Shown here: in pieces, positions 10,133 to 18,617 of the stretch
How the letters are laid out: each line of letters begins with the position of its first letter
Numbering within the stretch: position 1 is the first letter of the stretch
IMG/VR virus record: IMGVR_UViG_3300027736_001324
Span: 186,001-250,000 of that record
Length of the DNA stretch: 64,000 nucleotides
Direction: 5' to 3' (one strand)
Notes under the pieces: generated by a model
Seen by the model: the letters and a program-made list of their open reading frames with translations, nothing else
Told to the model about the DNA's origin: nothing
Database searches by the model: none
Program-made: the position numbers and the translations under genes

Positions 10133-10300
10133 ATGGCACAAATCGTAGAAGATGTAATCGTAATCAAATTTAGTTCGCTTGTAAAAGACGGGGCAGCAGA
10201 GCAAACAACCTGCATTTCCGAAGAAATACAAGCGGCAATTGAGCAAGTTGCCCAAGAATTAGTGGGACAACACGTGGTAGTTGAAGTGGTAAAAGCATAA
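10133..10300 (+). CDS. small late protein
   Basis: ATG 10133 with GGAG SD after late promoter 10108. Confidence 0.65.
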   Translation: MAQIVEDVIVIKFSSLVKDGAAEQTTCISEEIQAAIEQVAQELVGQHVVVEVVKA

Positions 10301-10659
10301 TGAGCCAATCTACTACACTTATTCTGTTACCACAAACAGCCTATGTAAATCCAGGCAACGGAGCACCTTACACAGTTGTGGGGAATGCTCAACCAGCCGC
10401 AGCATATTATTTAGGGAACAGAGATTTACAGACTGTTAATCTTAGTGTAACCAATATTATTGGAAACATTGTTATACAAGCAACACTAGCGAATCCTGCA
10501 ACAGTGGATAATCAATGGTTTGATGTATATGAGTTTAACGGGAGCGACAATCCAAACGCTACACAATACACAAATGTTACCGGTAACTTTGTATATATGA
10601 GAGCAAAGATTGTAGATTTCAATCAAGGTTTAGTTAATTACGTTAAATTAAGTTATTAA
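10300..10659 (+). CDS. hypothetical, possibly virion, protein
   Basis: 119-aa beta-rich ORF in late operon. Confidence 0.6.
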   Translation: MSQSTTLILLPQTAYVNPGNGAPYTVVGNAQPAAAYYLGNRDLQTVNLSVTNIIGNIVIQATLANPATVDNQWFDVYEFNGSDNPNATQYTNVTGNFVYMRAKIVDFNQGLVNYVKLSY

Positions 10660-10669
10660 GGAAAATAAA

Positions 10670-11116
10670 ATGGACGAGAATGTTAGTGAATTGTTTAGAA
10701 AATATATTGACATGATTAATGAAAACATGGACATTAGCCAGCTAGCACAGATTAGTGACAAGGCATTAGATGACAAATATCACTATGGTCGTAGTAGTCC
10801 TGGTAACACATTTGGATGGCAAGCTAATTTAGCCAGCGCCGCCTATGCTAAACAAGCAATTGAATCTGGTATTACTAATATTGATCAAATAAGTGATGCT
10901 GTTCATAAAGGTTGGTGGTCAGTGGCACAAAAATTTGTAGACGATCCTGATCAATTTGATGATACCGAGACGTTACGTGCAAAAGGAAAGTTTGATAAAA
11001 AAATGGCTGATAGAATAGCACAAATGGTGCCATTTAATCAATTAACAAAAGACCAACAAGACATAGACCGCGTAGTAGCAGAAGCGTTATTACAGGCAAT
11101 AACAAGCGGACAATAA
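10670..11116 (+). CDS. RyR-domain-like protein
   Basis: SDAVHKGW...MVPFNQLTKDQQDIDR fits RyR pattern AxxxHxxW...LVPyxxL..xxKxxDR. Confidence 0.5.
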   Translation: MDENVSELFRKYIDMINENMDISQLAQISDKALDDKYHYGRSSPGNTFGWQANLASAAYAKQAIESGITNIDQISDAVHKGWWSVAQKFVDDPDQFDDTETLRAKGKFDKKMADRIAQMVPFNQLTKDQQDIDRVVAEALLQAITSGQ

Positions 11117-12459
11117 TGAGTACAATAGTAGTAATGCCCGGAGGCTTTCACCCGTTTCATGCAGGGCATGCCTCACTATATCAATCAGCATTGAAAACAT
11201 TTCCCGGTGCTGATGTATATGTGGCTGCTACTAACGATCAAAGTGAAAGACCTTTTCCTTTTGCTATTAAAGAAAAATTAGCTAAAGTAGCAGGTGTTGC
11301 TCCAGGACATTTTGTACAAGTTAAAAGTCCCTTTCAAGCAAAAGAAATAACACAAAATTATGATCCTGAAAATGATGTATTGATATTTGTTCGTAGTAAG
11401 AAAGATCGTAATGAACAACCAAAGCCCGGAGGCACAAAGAAAGATGGTAGTCCAAGTTACTTCCAACCCTGGACAGGAAAAAATCTACAACCATTCGGTA
11501 AACATGCTTATATAGATTATTTAGACACAGTTGAGTTTGGGCCTGGTATGAAACATGCTAGCCAAATACGTAATGCATGGCCTACCTTGAATGATAGGCG
11601 TAAGACAGCAATGGTTATGAGTTTATATCCTGCAACACAAAAGAACCCTAAGTTAGCAGCAAATGTTGTTAAGTTATTAGATGCTGGTATGGGAGTAGAA
11701 GAACAGACCTTAGATGAAAGTACAAGTAAAGATTCTACATTAAGAGCCGTTGTCAATGACATTAGTGAACCTATTGCTAGCGTATATAACAATATGCTAA
11801 TGCAAGCTGAGAAATATGTTGATAATAATGGTGCTTTAGATAAAGGATTCAGATTAATCGTAGCAGGGATCGGTGGTCGTTGGACACAGAACATGTACAT
11901 CAATAAACTTAAGAATGAATTATACGATTTGTGCAAGGTATATCCATCACAAACAAACGATTTGAAAGATTTCTTGTCTGGCAAAGAGAAGCATGGTGTG
12001 GTAGATATGCATAAATCATTTAGTATAATTGCTAAAGAATTACCAGTGATACTAGAAAGATTAGGTAGACATATTAATTCACCTGAATTGTCTAAAGCAG
12101 CAAAGCGCTGGGAACATAACAGAGAAGTGTATAAAGATTACGTAAGAGACAATTGGGACTCTGAAGAAATTGAAGTTACCCCTCCAGTAAAAAAACAAAA
12201 AAGCAATATTATTGGTCAACAGAATGCAGTAGTTGATAAGATTATTAATGATGTATTAGCTAAAATCAAACCTAGTGATGCAGGCAGTATCCGTAATACA
12301 TTAGCTAATGTTCCAATTAATAATAGATTAAATGCTTTACAAAAGATACTGTCTGATATGAACATGACAGTTAATGAGAAGATGAAGATGGGTGCTACGA
12401 TTGAGCCCATTGAAGAATCTAATATCTCCGAAAGCCTGGATTATTTAGAAGAAAAATAA
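11116..12459 (+). CDS. HxGH nucleotidyltransferase (cytidylyltransferase-like) fused to unknown modules
   Basis: PGGFHPFHAGH at N-terminus; C-terminal half unrecognised. Confidence 0.7.
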   Translation: MSTIVVMPGGFHPFHAGHASLYQSALKTFPGADVYVAATNDQSERPFPFAIKEKLAKVAGVAPGHFVQVKSPFQAKEITQNYDPENDVLIFVRSKKDRNEQPKPGGTKKDGSPSYFQPWTGKNLQPFGKHAYIDYLDTVEFGPGMKHASQIRNAWPTLNDRRKTAMVMSLYPATQKNPKLAANVVKLLDAGMGVEEQTLDESTSKDSTLRAVVNDISEPIASVYNNMLMQAEKYVDNNGALDKGFRLIVAGIGGRWTQNMYINKLKNELYDLCKVYPSQTNDLKDFLSGKEKHGVVDMHKSFSIIAKELPVILERLGRHINSPELSKAAKRWEHNREVYKDYVRDNWDSEEIEVTPPVKKQKSNIIGQQNAVVDKIINDVLAKIKPSDAGSIRNTLANVPINNRLNALQKILSDMNMTVNEKMKMGATIEPIEESNISESLDYLEEK

Positions 12460-12509
12460 TTCGTACCCCTCTTCCTGATGTAAATAATTATATCTTAATA
12501 GAGGACCTT

Positions 12510-13436
12510 ATGGCAACAAAGAAATCAAAAGCATCAGAAGAAAAAACAGTACCAGTAGAAATGGTACAAGAAATCGCTGAACAGGCGGCAGCAGAGCAAG
12601 CAGAAAAAGCAGCAGATGCTCCTGCTGAAGCACCCGCAGCAGGGCAAGTTCAAGTAAATGTAGACTTTCTACGTACAACCAAAGTGCATATCGCTATGCC
12701 CTGTTATGGTGGTATGTTGACTGAATCAACATTTATGAGTTTCATCAAGTGGGCTAACACAGCCCGTCAATTAAACATTGACTGGACATTAGAAACAATG
12801 GTCAATGAAAGTCTTATCAGTCGTGCCCGTAATACACTAACTGCTAAGTTCTTAGACATGCCAGACGCAACACATTTGTTCTTTGTTGACGCTGACATTG
12901 GTTGGGAGCCATGGCATTTACTAGTATTGTTAAATCGTGACGTAGATGTTATTGGTGGATTGTACCCAATGAAAACTATGCCAATCAAATGGGTAGTTAA
13001 TGGATTTGATGGTGCTGAAGAAGGACCAGACGGATTACAAGAAGTATCTAAAGCAGGTACTGGATTCTTGTTAATGAAGAAACATGTATTTGAGAAATTA
13101 AAAACTCATCCAGCAGTTAAGCAATACAAGAACGACATTGGATTAGATCCAAAGTTTGATCAACACTTGAAAACATATTTTGACACTGCGGTTCGTCAAA
13201 ATCGTTACTATAGTGAAGATTGGACATTCTGTGAAAACTGGCGTGACCTAGGTGGTCGTATCTGGATGGACAAACGTGTTCTATTGCGTCATAGTGGATC
13301 ATATGTTTTCTGTATGGAAAATCAAGAACACTTGATGAATACAGTTGGACCTATGTTCTTAGAACGTCAGCAAGGCATGGGATTAAAACTAGTTGACAAA
13401 GACGGCAACGAAGTTAAATCAGTCAAAGCAGCATAA
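12510..13436 (+). CDS. GT-A fold glycosyltransferase-like protein
   Basis: IAMPCYGG, ISRARN, LFFVDADI (DxD), GTGFLL, SEDWTFC. Confidence 0.72.
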   Translation: MATKKSKASEEKTVPVEMVQEIAEQAAAEQAEKAADAPAEAPAAGQVQVNVDFLRTTKVHIAMPCYGGMLTESTFMSFIKWANTARQLNIDWTLETMVNESLISRARNTLTAKFLDMPDATHLFFVDADIGWEPWHLLVLLNRDVDVIGGLYPMKTMPIKWVVNGFDGAEEGPDGLQEVSKAGTGFLLMKKHVFEKLKTHPAVKQYKNDIGLDPKFDQHLKTYFDTAVRQNRYYSEDWTFCENWRDLGGRIWMDKRVLLRHSGSYVFCMENQEHLMNTVGPMFLERQQGMGLKLVDKDGNEVKSVKAA

Positions 13437-13460
13437 GAAGGCCCCGAAAGGGGCTTTTCT
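13437..13460 (+). terminator. intrinsic terminator
   Basis: GCCCC-GAAA-GGGGC-TTTT, GNRA loop. Confidence 0.88.
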
Positions 13461-13481
13461 AATATATGACTAAATATAGAT

Positions 13482-13565
13482 ATGAGTTGGTTTAGACATA
13501 AGCCCCCAAAATATCCCCCTAAACCACAGAAGCCTGATCCCAAAAATGAACCTAAAAGAACTTAA
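13482..13565 (+). CDS. 27-aa Pro/Lys-rich micro-ORF
   Basis: MSWFRHKPPKYPPKPQKPDPKNEPKRT; ATG 5 nt after TAAATA; overlaps start of 13546 ORF. Confidence 0.45.
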   Translation: MSWFRHKPPKYPPKPQKPDPKNEPKRT

Positions 13566-16500
13566 TAGTTTTAAACTAAGTGACGCAGTTACATTCCACG
13601 ACAAACTTAACCCTAAGTTATGGAATAGCACTAAGTTGCGCCCAGATGTTAGAGAACGGCTATTAATAATAGCACAAGACTTTTTACAAGAATTAGGGGT
13701 AAACGATTTAGATGTTAAAGATATAACAATATCTGGCAGTAACGCAGCGTTTAGTTACACTAAGCATAGTGATTTGGATTTACATATATTAGTAGACATG
13801 GGTAACTTACCTGTAGATGAAGTATATAGAGAATTATTTACAGCAAAGAAAACAATATATAATGACACACATGACATAAGAATTCATACTATTCCAGTAG
13901 AATTATATGTACAGGATAGTAGACAACCTGTAGTAAGTTTAGGTGAATATAGTGTAATGAACGACCAGTGGATAAGAATACCCACTAAGCGTAGAAGTGA
14001 TTTTGACCAAACCGCCACCAAAAGCAAATATGAAAAGTTATTAAGTTTAATAGAGATCGCCCTCAAGTCAAAGAAGTATAGCAAAGTAAAACATATAATA
14101 GACACAATCAAAAGATATAGACAAGCAGGTTTAGATAAAGGTGGTGAGTTTGGTCCTGAGAATTTAGCATATAAGATGTTGCGTAGTCAGGGATATATTA
14201 CGAAGTTATATGATTTAAGAGACAAGTTACATAGTGAGAAGTTATCGTTTGAGACTATGTATCAGAATATAGATGAGAATGAAGAAACAAATCATTGGTA
14301 CGATGCTGGCGTGAAGGATGCTACTCGTGGTGCTAGACCTAATCCACGCACATATTTGCCAACACTTAAAGACAAGCAAGCAAAGCATCCAGAAGAAGTA
14401 TATTTTTATATGAATGGGTATAAAAGTGTTAAGCAAGGTGTGGCGGAAGGCTCCGAGAACAATAACCCAATAGCAAATAAAATATTCTTTGCTCGTAGTA
14501 ATAAAACACCCAAAGGATGGAGTTATGACCATGTGGGGTTTATAACTCAAGATGGAAAACAAATTCAAATGAGTGGGCATAAAGGCAATGATGTATATGT
14601 CACTAACGATGTGACTGATGATCCGGAGTTTCCCAAACAAAATATCAAAATTGTATCATTATCAAAACCAGTATCGGTTCCTACAACTAACTCAGTAGAA
14701 GCAGAAAATTGCGGAACATTTGTGGCAAATGTATTACGAGCCAATGGTATAAAAGATTTTGATACACAAAAACTATATAGTGTGTTCAAAAAGCCTCAAG
14801 AGCAAGGTGTGGCGGAAGATAAAGAAAATAACAATTCAAGATTAGATGAAATTTTATATAAGTTATGTAATATTGTTAAAAAAGAAATAAAAGAAAAGAC
14901 AGGGGAACACGCTGTTGCTGCTTGTATTATTGATCCTGATAACAGAATAGTAGCAAAAACAAGTAAAGACAAACACAGTAGATGGATTCATGCTGAACAC
15001 AATGCCATTGATACATATGAAAAAAAGTATGGTGAAGTACCAGAAGGCAGTATTATAGTAACTACATTAAGCCCCTGCAATGAATATGATGATAGAACCT
15101 CCGATGAAAGATTTGGTGAAAGTTGTACAGATTACATAAACAGCAAAGGCATTAAAAAAGTCTATTGTGGATATATGGATCCTACACAAGATAATTATAA
15201 CAGAGAATTTAATGTCATAGAAACTAGTGACACCGACCTTCGTAGGCAATGTAAACAGTTTGCTGATACTTTTTTGAAGAAAAATATAGATGAAGCGTTT
15301 GATACTCCACTTCCAATAACATGGGAGAAAGGTATGCATGGTGATATTGATGCACTTGCTAAATTACCCGATGGATCAAATTTAAGCATTATGTTTAATA
15401 AACAAGATAATATTAAACCTGATGACAAGACATGGATGGTTGAATTTTATAGAAACAACAGTCAAGAAGTAACAGGTGAGGGTGACGCACAAAAAGTATT
15501 TTCTACTGTGCTAGTTGCTATTCAACAATTCATTAAAAAATACAAACCACTAAAAATCTATTTCTCAGCAAGCAAAGAGATGGATCCGACTATAAATTAC
15601 GGCCCAGATGATGTTGTGCCTAATCCTGAAAGCCGTGCTAAGTTATATGATAGAATGGTACTGCGTTATGCTAAATCTTGGGGATATAAGTTTTTCCGTG
15701 CTGATAACGGTTCTTCTGTTATATATCAATTGTCAAGAATACCAAAACAAACGGCTGTGGGTGAAGATTACACCATGCAATTTGCTGCTGAAAAAACTCC
15801 ACCAGTAAGTCCCTATGCCGGCGTTAAAGATAATCAATATCGTGGTGGAATAAGTGAAGCCTCTGGTAAAAAAATCAGTTTCAAAGTACAAAAAGGCAAT
15901 GGAAAATTCTCTACCACTTTAACTGTTAACAATACACCAGCTGGAATATATCAATATGACAGTAACACTGGGCGTAGCATTGCTGAAGTTTATCCAGAAT
16001 TCAAAGGAAAAGGACTAGGTAAATTATTAGTTTTACATGCTATCTACACCGCAGCAAAATTAGGATTAGATTTCCAAGAAGATGAATCAAGAACCAGTGC
16101 TTATGATAATGTGTTAGATAGTTTAAGCAGCAACGGTTATATTGTAGATGATGATGGATATTGGTATGTTACAGGTGACGGGGAGCAATATCTAAAACAA
16201 GCATTGAACGAAGCAAGTGGGTATATCCCAAGCGAAAAAACTCCTGCAATAAATCCATACGGCGGTCTTAAAGATAACCAATTTCGTGGTGGGATAAGTG
16301 AAGCAGTTTCTCCTAAATATGTAACTAGAGTTGATATGACACCCATTAAAGATTTTGAATCTGGTATGAAAACATATTATGGAACAGATGATTGGCATGA
16401 AAGCGGGTTAGAAAAGAAAGATAACTTCACACAAGAAATGAAGGGTTTATATGCAGGTGAACCACATCGTACAGCATTATATGCTAGTGGCAATGCAAGT

Positions 16501-17001
16501 AAAACTAGATTCTTAGAATTGAATGATCCTAAAACAGGTCAACCTGTCGTATATTTTGATAAGAAAGATATCCCTAGAATTCGCAACACAAAGACATATG
16601 TTAGTGTGTTTGATGCTAGTAGATTTAAAAAGTTACCAACAGGGGAATACTTTAGTGAGAACCCTGGTAAACCATTGAAACAAGAAGAAATAACCGATCC
16701 TTTCAAGTATATGACGAACAATGGTTGGGTAGTAAGAGTAACTGATGATATTCAAAAAGAATTCAAAAAGGCACAACAACTACATAAAGCAGGCAAGATA
16801 GACCATTATGGTGGTGAAAACTTGACGGAAGCAAGTGGGTATATCCCAAGCGAAAAACAAAAGAATGATCCTAGATATAGCACCGCACTAACAATAGATG
16901 TACACCCAGATTCTATAAAAAAGAACGCAAAAGCCTTCTATTGGAACACCAGTAGAGCAGGAATCCCCCCAACTGCTAAAGCAAACGGCAAAATCTATTA
17001 A
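13546..17001 (+). CDS. multi-module polyprotein: Pol-beta nucleotidyltransferase, permuted NlpC/P60-like, Zn deaminase, GNAT and unknown modules
   Basis: GSNA..DLDLH..VELYVQD; DHVGF..NCGTFV; HAE..PC..C; VYPEFKGKGLG; modules joined at xxE and QGVAE repeats. Confidence 0.8.
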   Translation: MNLKELNSFKLSDAVTFHDKLNPKLWNSTKLRPDVRERLLIIAQDFLQELGVNDLDVKDITISGSNAAFSYTKHSDLDLHILVDMGNLPVDEVYRELFTAKKTIYNDTHDIRIHTIPVELYVQDSRQPVVSLGEYSVMNDQWIRIPTKRRSDFDQTATKSKYEKLLSLIEIALKSKKYSKVKHIIDTIKRYRQAGLDKGGEFGPENLAYKMLRSQGYITKLYDLRDKLHSEKLSFETMYQNIDENEETNHWYDAGVKDATRGARPNPRTYLPTLKDKQAKHPEEVYFYMNGYKSVKQGVAEGSENNNPIANKIFFARSNKTPKGWSYDHVGFITQDGKQIQMSGHKGNDVYVTNDVTDDPEFPKQNIKIVSLSKPVSVPTTNSVEAENCGTFVANVLRANGIKDFDTQKLYSVFKKPQEQGVAEDKENNNSRLDEILYKLCNIVKKEIKEKTGEHAVAACIIDPDNRIVAKTSKDKHSRWIHAEHNAIDTYEKKYGEVPEGSIIVTTLSPCNEYDDRTSDERFGESCTDYINSKGIKKVYCGYMDPTQDNYNREFNVIETSDTDLRRQCKQFADTFLKKNIDEAFDTPLPITWEKGMHGDIDALAKLPDGSNLSIMFNKQDNIKPDDKTWMVEFYRNNSQEVTGEGDAQKVFSTVLVAIQQFIKKYKPLKIYFSASKEMDPTINYGPDDVVPNPESRAKLYDRMVLRYAKSWGYKFFRADNGSSVIYQLSRIPKQTAVGEDYTMQFAAEKTPPVSPYAGVKDNQYRGGISEASGKKISFKVQKGNGKFSTTLTVNNTPAGIYQYDSNTGRSIAEVYPEFKGKGLGKLLVLHAIYTAAKLGLDFQEDESRTSAYDNVLDSLSSNGYIVDDDGYWYVTGDGEQYLKQALNEASGYIPSEKTPAINPYGGLKDNQFRGGISEAVSPKYVTRVDMTPIKDFESGMKTYYGTDDWHESGLEKKDNFTQEMKGLYAGEPHRTALYASGNASKTRFLELNDPKTGQPVVYFDKKDIPRIRNTKTYVSVFDASRFKKLPTGEYFSENPGKPLKQEEITDPFKYMTNNGWVVRVTDDIQKEFKKAQQLHKAGKIDHYGGENLTEASGYIPSEKQKNDPRYSTALTIDVHPDSIKKNAKAFYWNTSRAGIPPTAKANGKIY
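14434..14451 (+). repeat. QGVAEG junction repeat copy 1
   Basis: CAAGGTGTGGCGGAAGGC. Confidence 0.95.
14803..14820 (+). repeat. QGVAE junction repeat copy 2
   Basis: CAAGGTGTGGCGGAAGAT. Confidence 0.95.
15790..16304 (+). repeat. 71-bp imperfect direct repeat flanking GNAT module
   Basis: 15790-15860 vs 16234-16304 (EKTPxxxPYxGxKDNQxRGGISEA). Confidence 0.9.
16210..16857 (+). repeat. 30-bp perfect direct repeat
   Basis: GAAGCAAGTGGGTATATCCCAAGCGAAAAA (EASGYIPSEK) at 16210-16239 and 16828-16857. Confidence 0.95.
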
Positions 17002-17022
17002 GTTTCCATATTGTGGTATTTT

Positions 17023-17030
17023 GATAAATA
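17023..17030 (+). promoter_or_regulatory. T4-like late promoter
   Basis: GATAAATACTCTAT identical to 10108-10121. Confidence 0.65.
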
Positions 17031-17053
17031 CTCTATAACTTTGGGAAACCGTC

Positions 17054-18616
17054 ATGAGATTTAAGCAAATAGTAGAAAATTCAACAACAGCAGGATCAGT
17101 CGCAACCGTAGCACAGCCTATGATGACTCAAACCCGTGAAAGTGTAGATGTCAAGGGACTAAAGCCCGTAAAACAATTAATGAAGGGCACTAAAAAGAAA
17201 GGTCCCTACGCTAATAGTATTGTTGAAGGAAAAGTTAAAGAACTTATCAGCGATTTAAAAAACTTAACTTCTTATGATTTTGAAAAGAAACACAAACAAT
17301 CTAAGGCTGACGTTAGAGCCGACATGAAGAAAGTCACCGAAGATGATCTTTCAGAACAAGACTTAATCGTTATCCCAGGACAAGGTAGACTAAGAGGTAC
17401 TGGATTTACAAAGCATGACCCTGATCGTGCTGAACATGAAGGTCAAACACTAAAGAATAGTTTACACACTATCATTCGTTTAGCAACTCATTTAGACAAA
17501 GAATTAACAGTAAGAGATAACTTCCCAGAATGGGTGTCAGAGAAAGTCGGTTCAATCAAGGGTGACATGCTTTCTGTAATGAACTATATAATCAGCAGCC
17601 AAGAAATGCGACATGATCCAGATACTATAAATGAACTCAGTTCTGCTCTGTTACAAACAGCCGCACAAGCTGCTACAGACAAACGTAATCAAGCAATGGA
17701 TCCCGAGTTACATAATGCATTAGGTGGCGGCTATATGAATCCATTAGCAAAACATTATGATAATGTATCACAAAAAATGGACAATAGGGCAGCACAAGTA
17801 AAAAGAAAAGAAACGATACAAAATATCGCTTCTAAAATCGCTTCTCCGGCGGTGATGCGTAAGATGGGTATGAATGAAGGCTCACAACGAGTTGATTCAA
17901 TTGTTACTGACGCATTACGAGTAATGAAGGGTCCAGAAGTAAGTGATGCTGTACTAGCATTAAAGAGAGTATTAGGCGACAGAGCATATAATGAGCGCCG
18001 CGGCTTTTATAGTTTCTATGTTGATCAAATACATGATATGTACGGTCAGCAAGGCGTGGCGGAAGGCGAGTTAGAAGAAGATTTAAGCCGTAGAGGATTT
18101 TTAAGAGGCTTGGGCGCGGCAACGTTAGGTGCTACAGCATTAGGTGCTGCAAGTAAAGCACAGGCAAGTCAAGATTTAGGAAACGGATTTGTTTTAACCA
18201 CTGTTGACGTTTTTGGTGGAAAATTTAAAGCAGTATTAGATACACAATCTGATATACATTATTTGCCAAATCGTCACGAAGGCGGTGGCGCTATTGTTAG
18301 AAGCATGGCTCCTTTTATTATGATAAAGAACGGTCAGACAAACACTGCTATGAATGTTGGGCCAGCTGTTCAGGCTGCATTAAAGAAAGCTGGACTATTG
18401 AAAGGTGTAGAAGAAGGTGTTAAAGAAGGCAAAATTGACTTTGCTAAGAAATTACAAAAGAATGTAGATAATCATAACAAAGCTGTAGTACAAACTAAAA
18501 AAGCTGTAGGTAGCAGAATTTCTGACATTGGCGCCGGCGGCAAAGAATACAATGTAAAGACTGATGCTGCATGGGATGCTGCTAAGAAAAAAGTTAGTGA
18601 AGGTTTAAGGAAATAA
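17054..18616 (+). CDS. multi-module putative internal head protein with internal Tat-signal module
   Basis: MRFKQIVE start, xxE-delimited modules, QGVAEG then SRRGFLRGLGAA...AQA. Confidence 0.7.
   Translation: MRFKQIVENSTTAGSVATVAQPMMTQTRESVDVKGLKPVKQLMKGTKKKGPYANSIVEGKVKELISDLKNLTSYDFEKKHKQSKADVRADMKKVTEDDLSEQDLIVIPGQGRLRGTGFTKHDPDRAEHEGQTLKNSLHTIIRLATHLDKELTVRDNFPEWVSEKVGSIKGDMLSVMNYIISSQEMRHDPDTINELSSALLQTAAQAATDKRNQAMDPELHNALGGGYMNPLAKHYDNVSQKMDNRAAQVKRKETIQNIASKIASPAVMRKMGMNEGSQRVDSIVTDALRVMKGPEVSDAVLALKRVLGDRAYNERRGFYSFYVDQIHDMYGQQGVAEGELEEDLSRRGFLRGLGAATLGATALGAASKAQASQDLGNGFVLTTVDVFGGKFKAVLDTQSDIHYLPNRHEGGGAIVRSMAPFIMIKNGQTNTAMNVGPAVQAALKKAGLLKGVEEGVKEGKIDFAKKLQKNVDNHNKAVVQTKKAVGSRISDIGAGGKEYNVKTDAAWDAAKKKVSEGLRK
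18050..18067 (+). repeat. QGVAEG junction repeat copy 3
   Basis: CAAGGCGTGGCGGAAGGC. Confidence 0.95.
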
Positions 18617-18617
18617 T

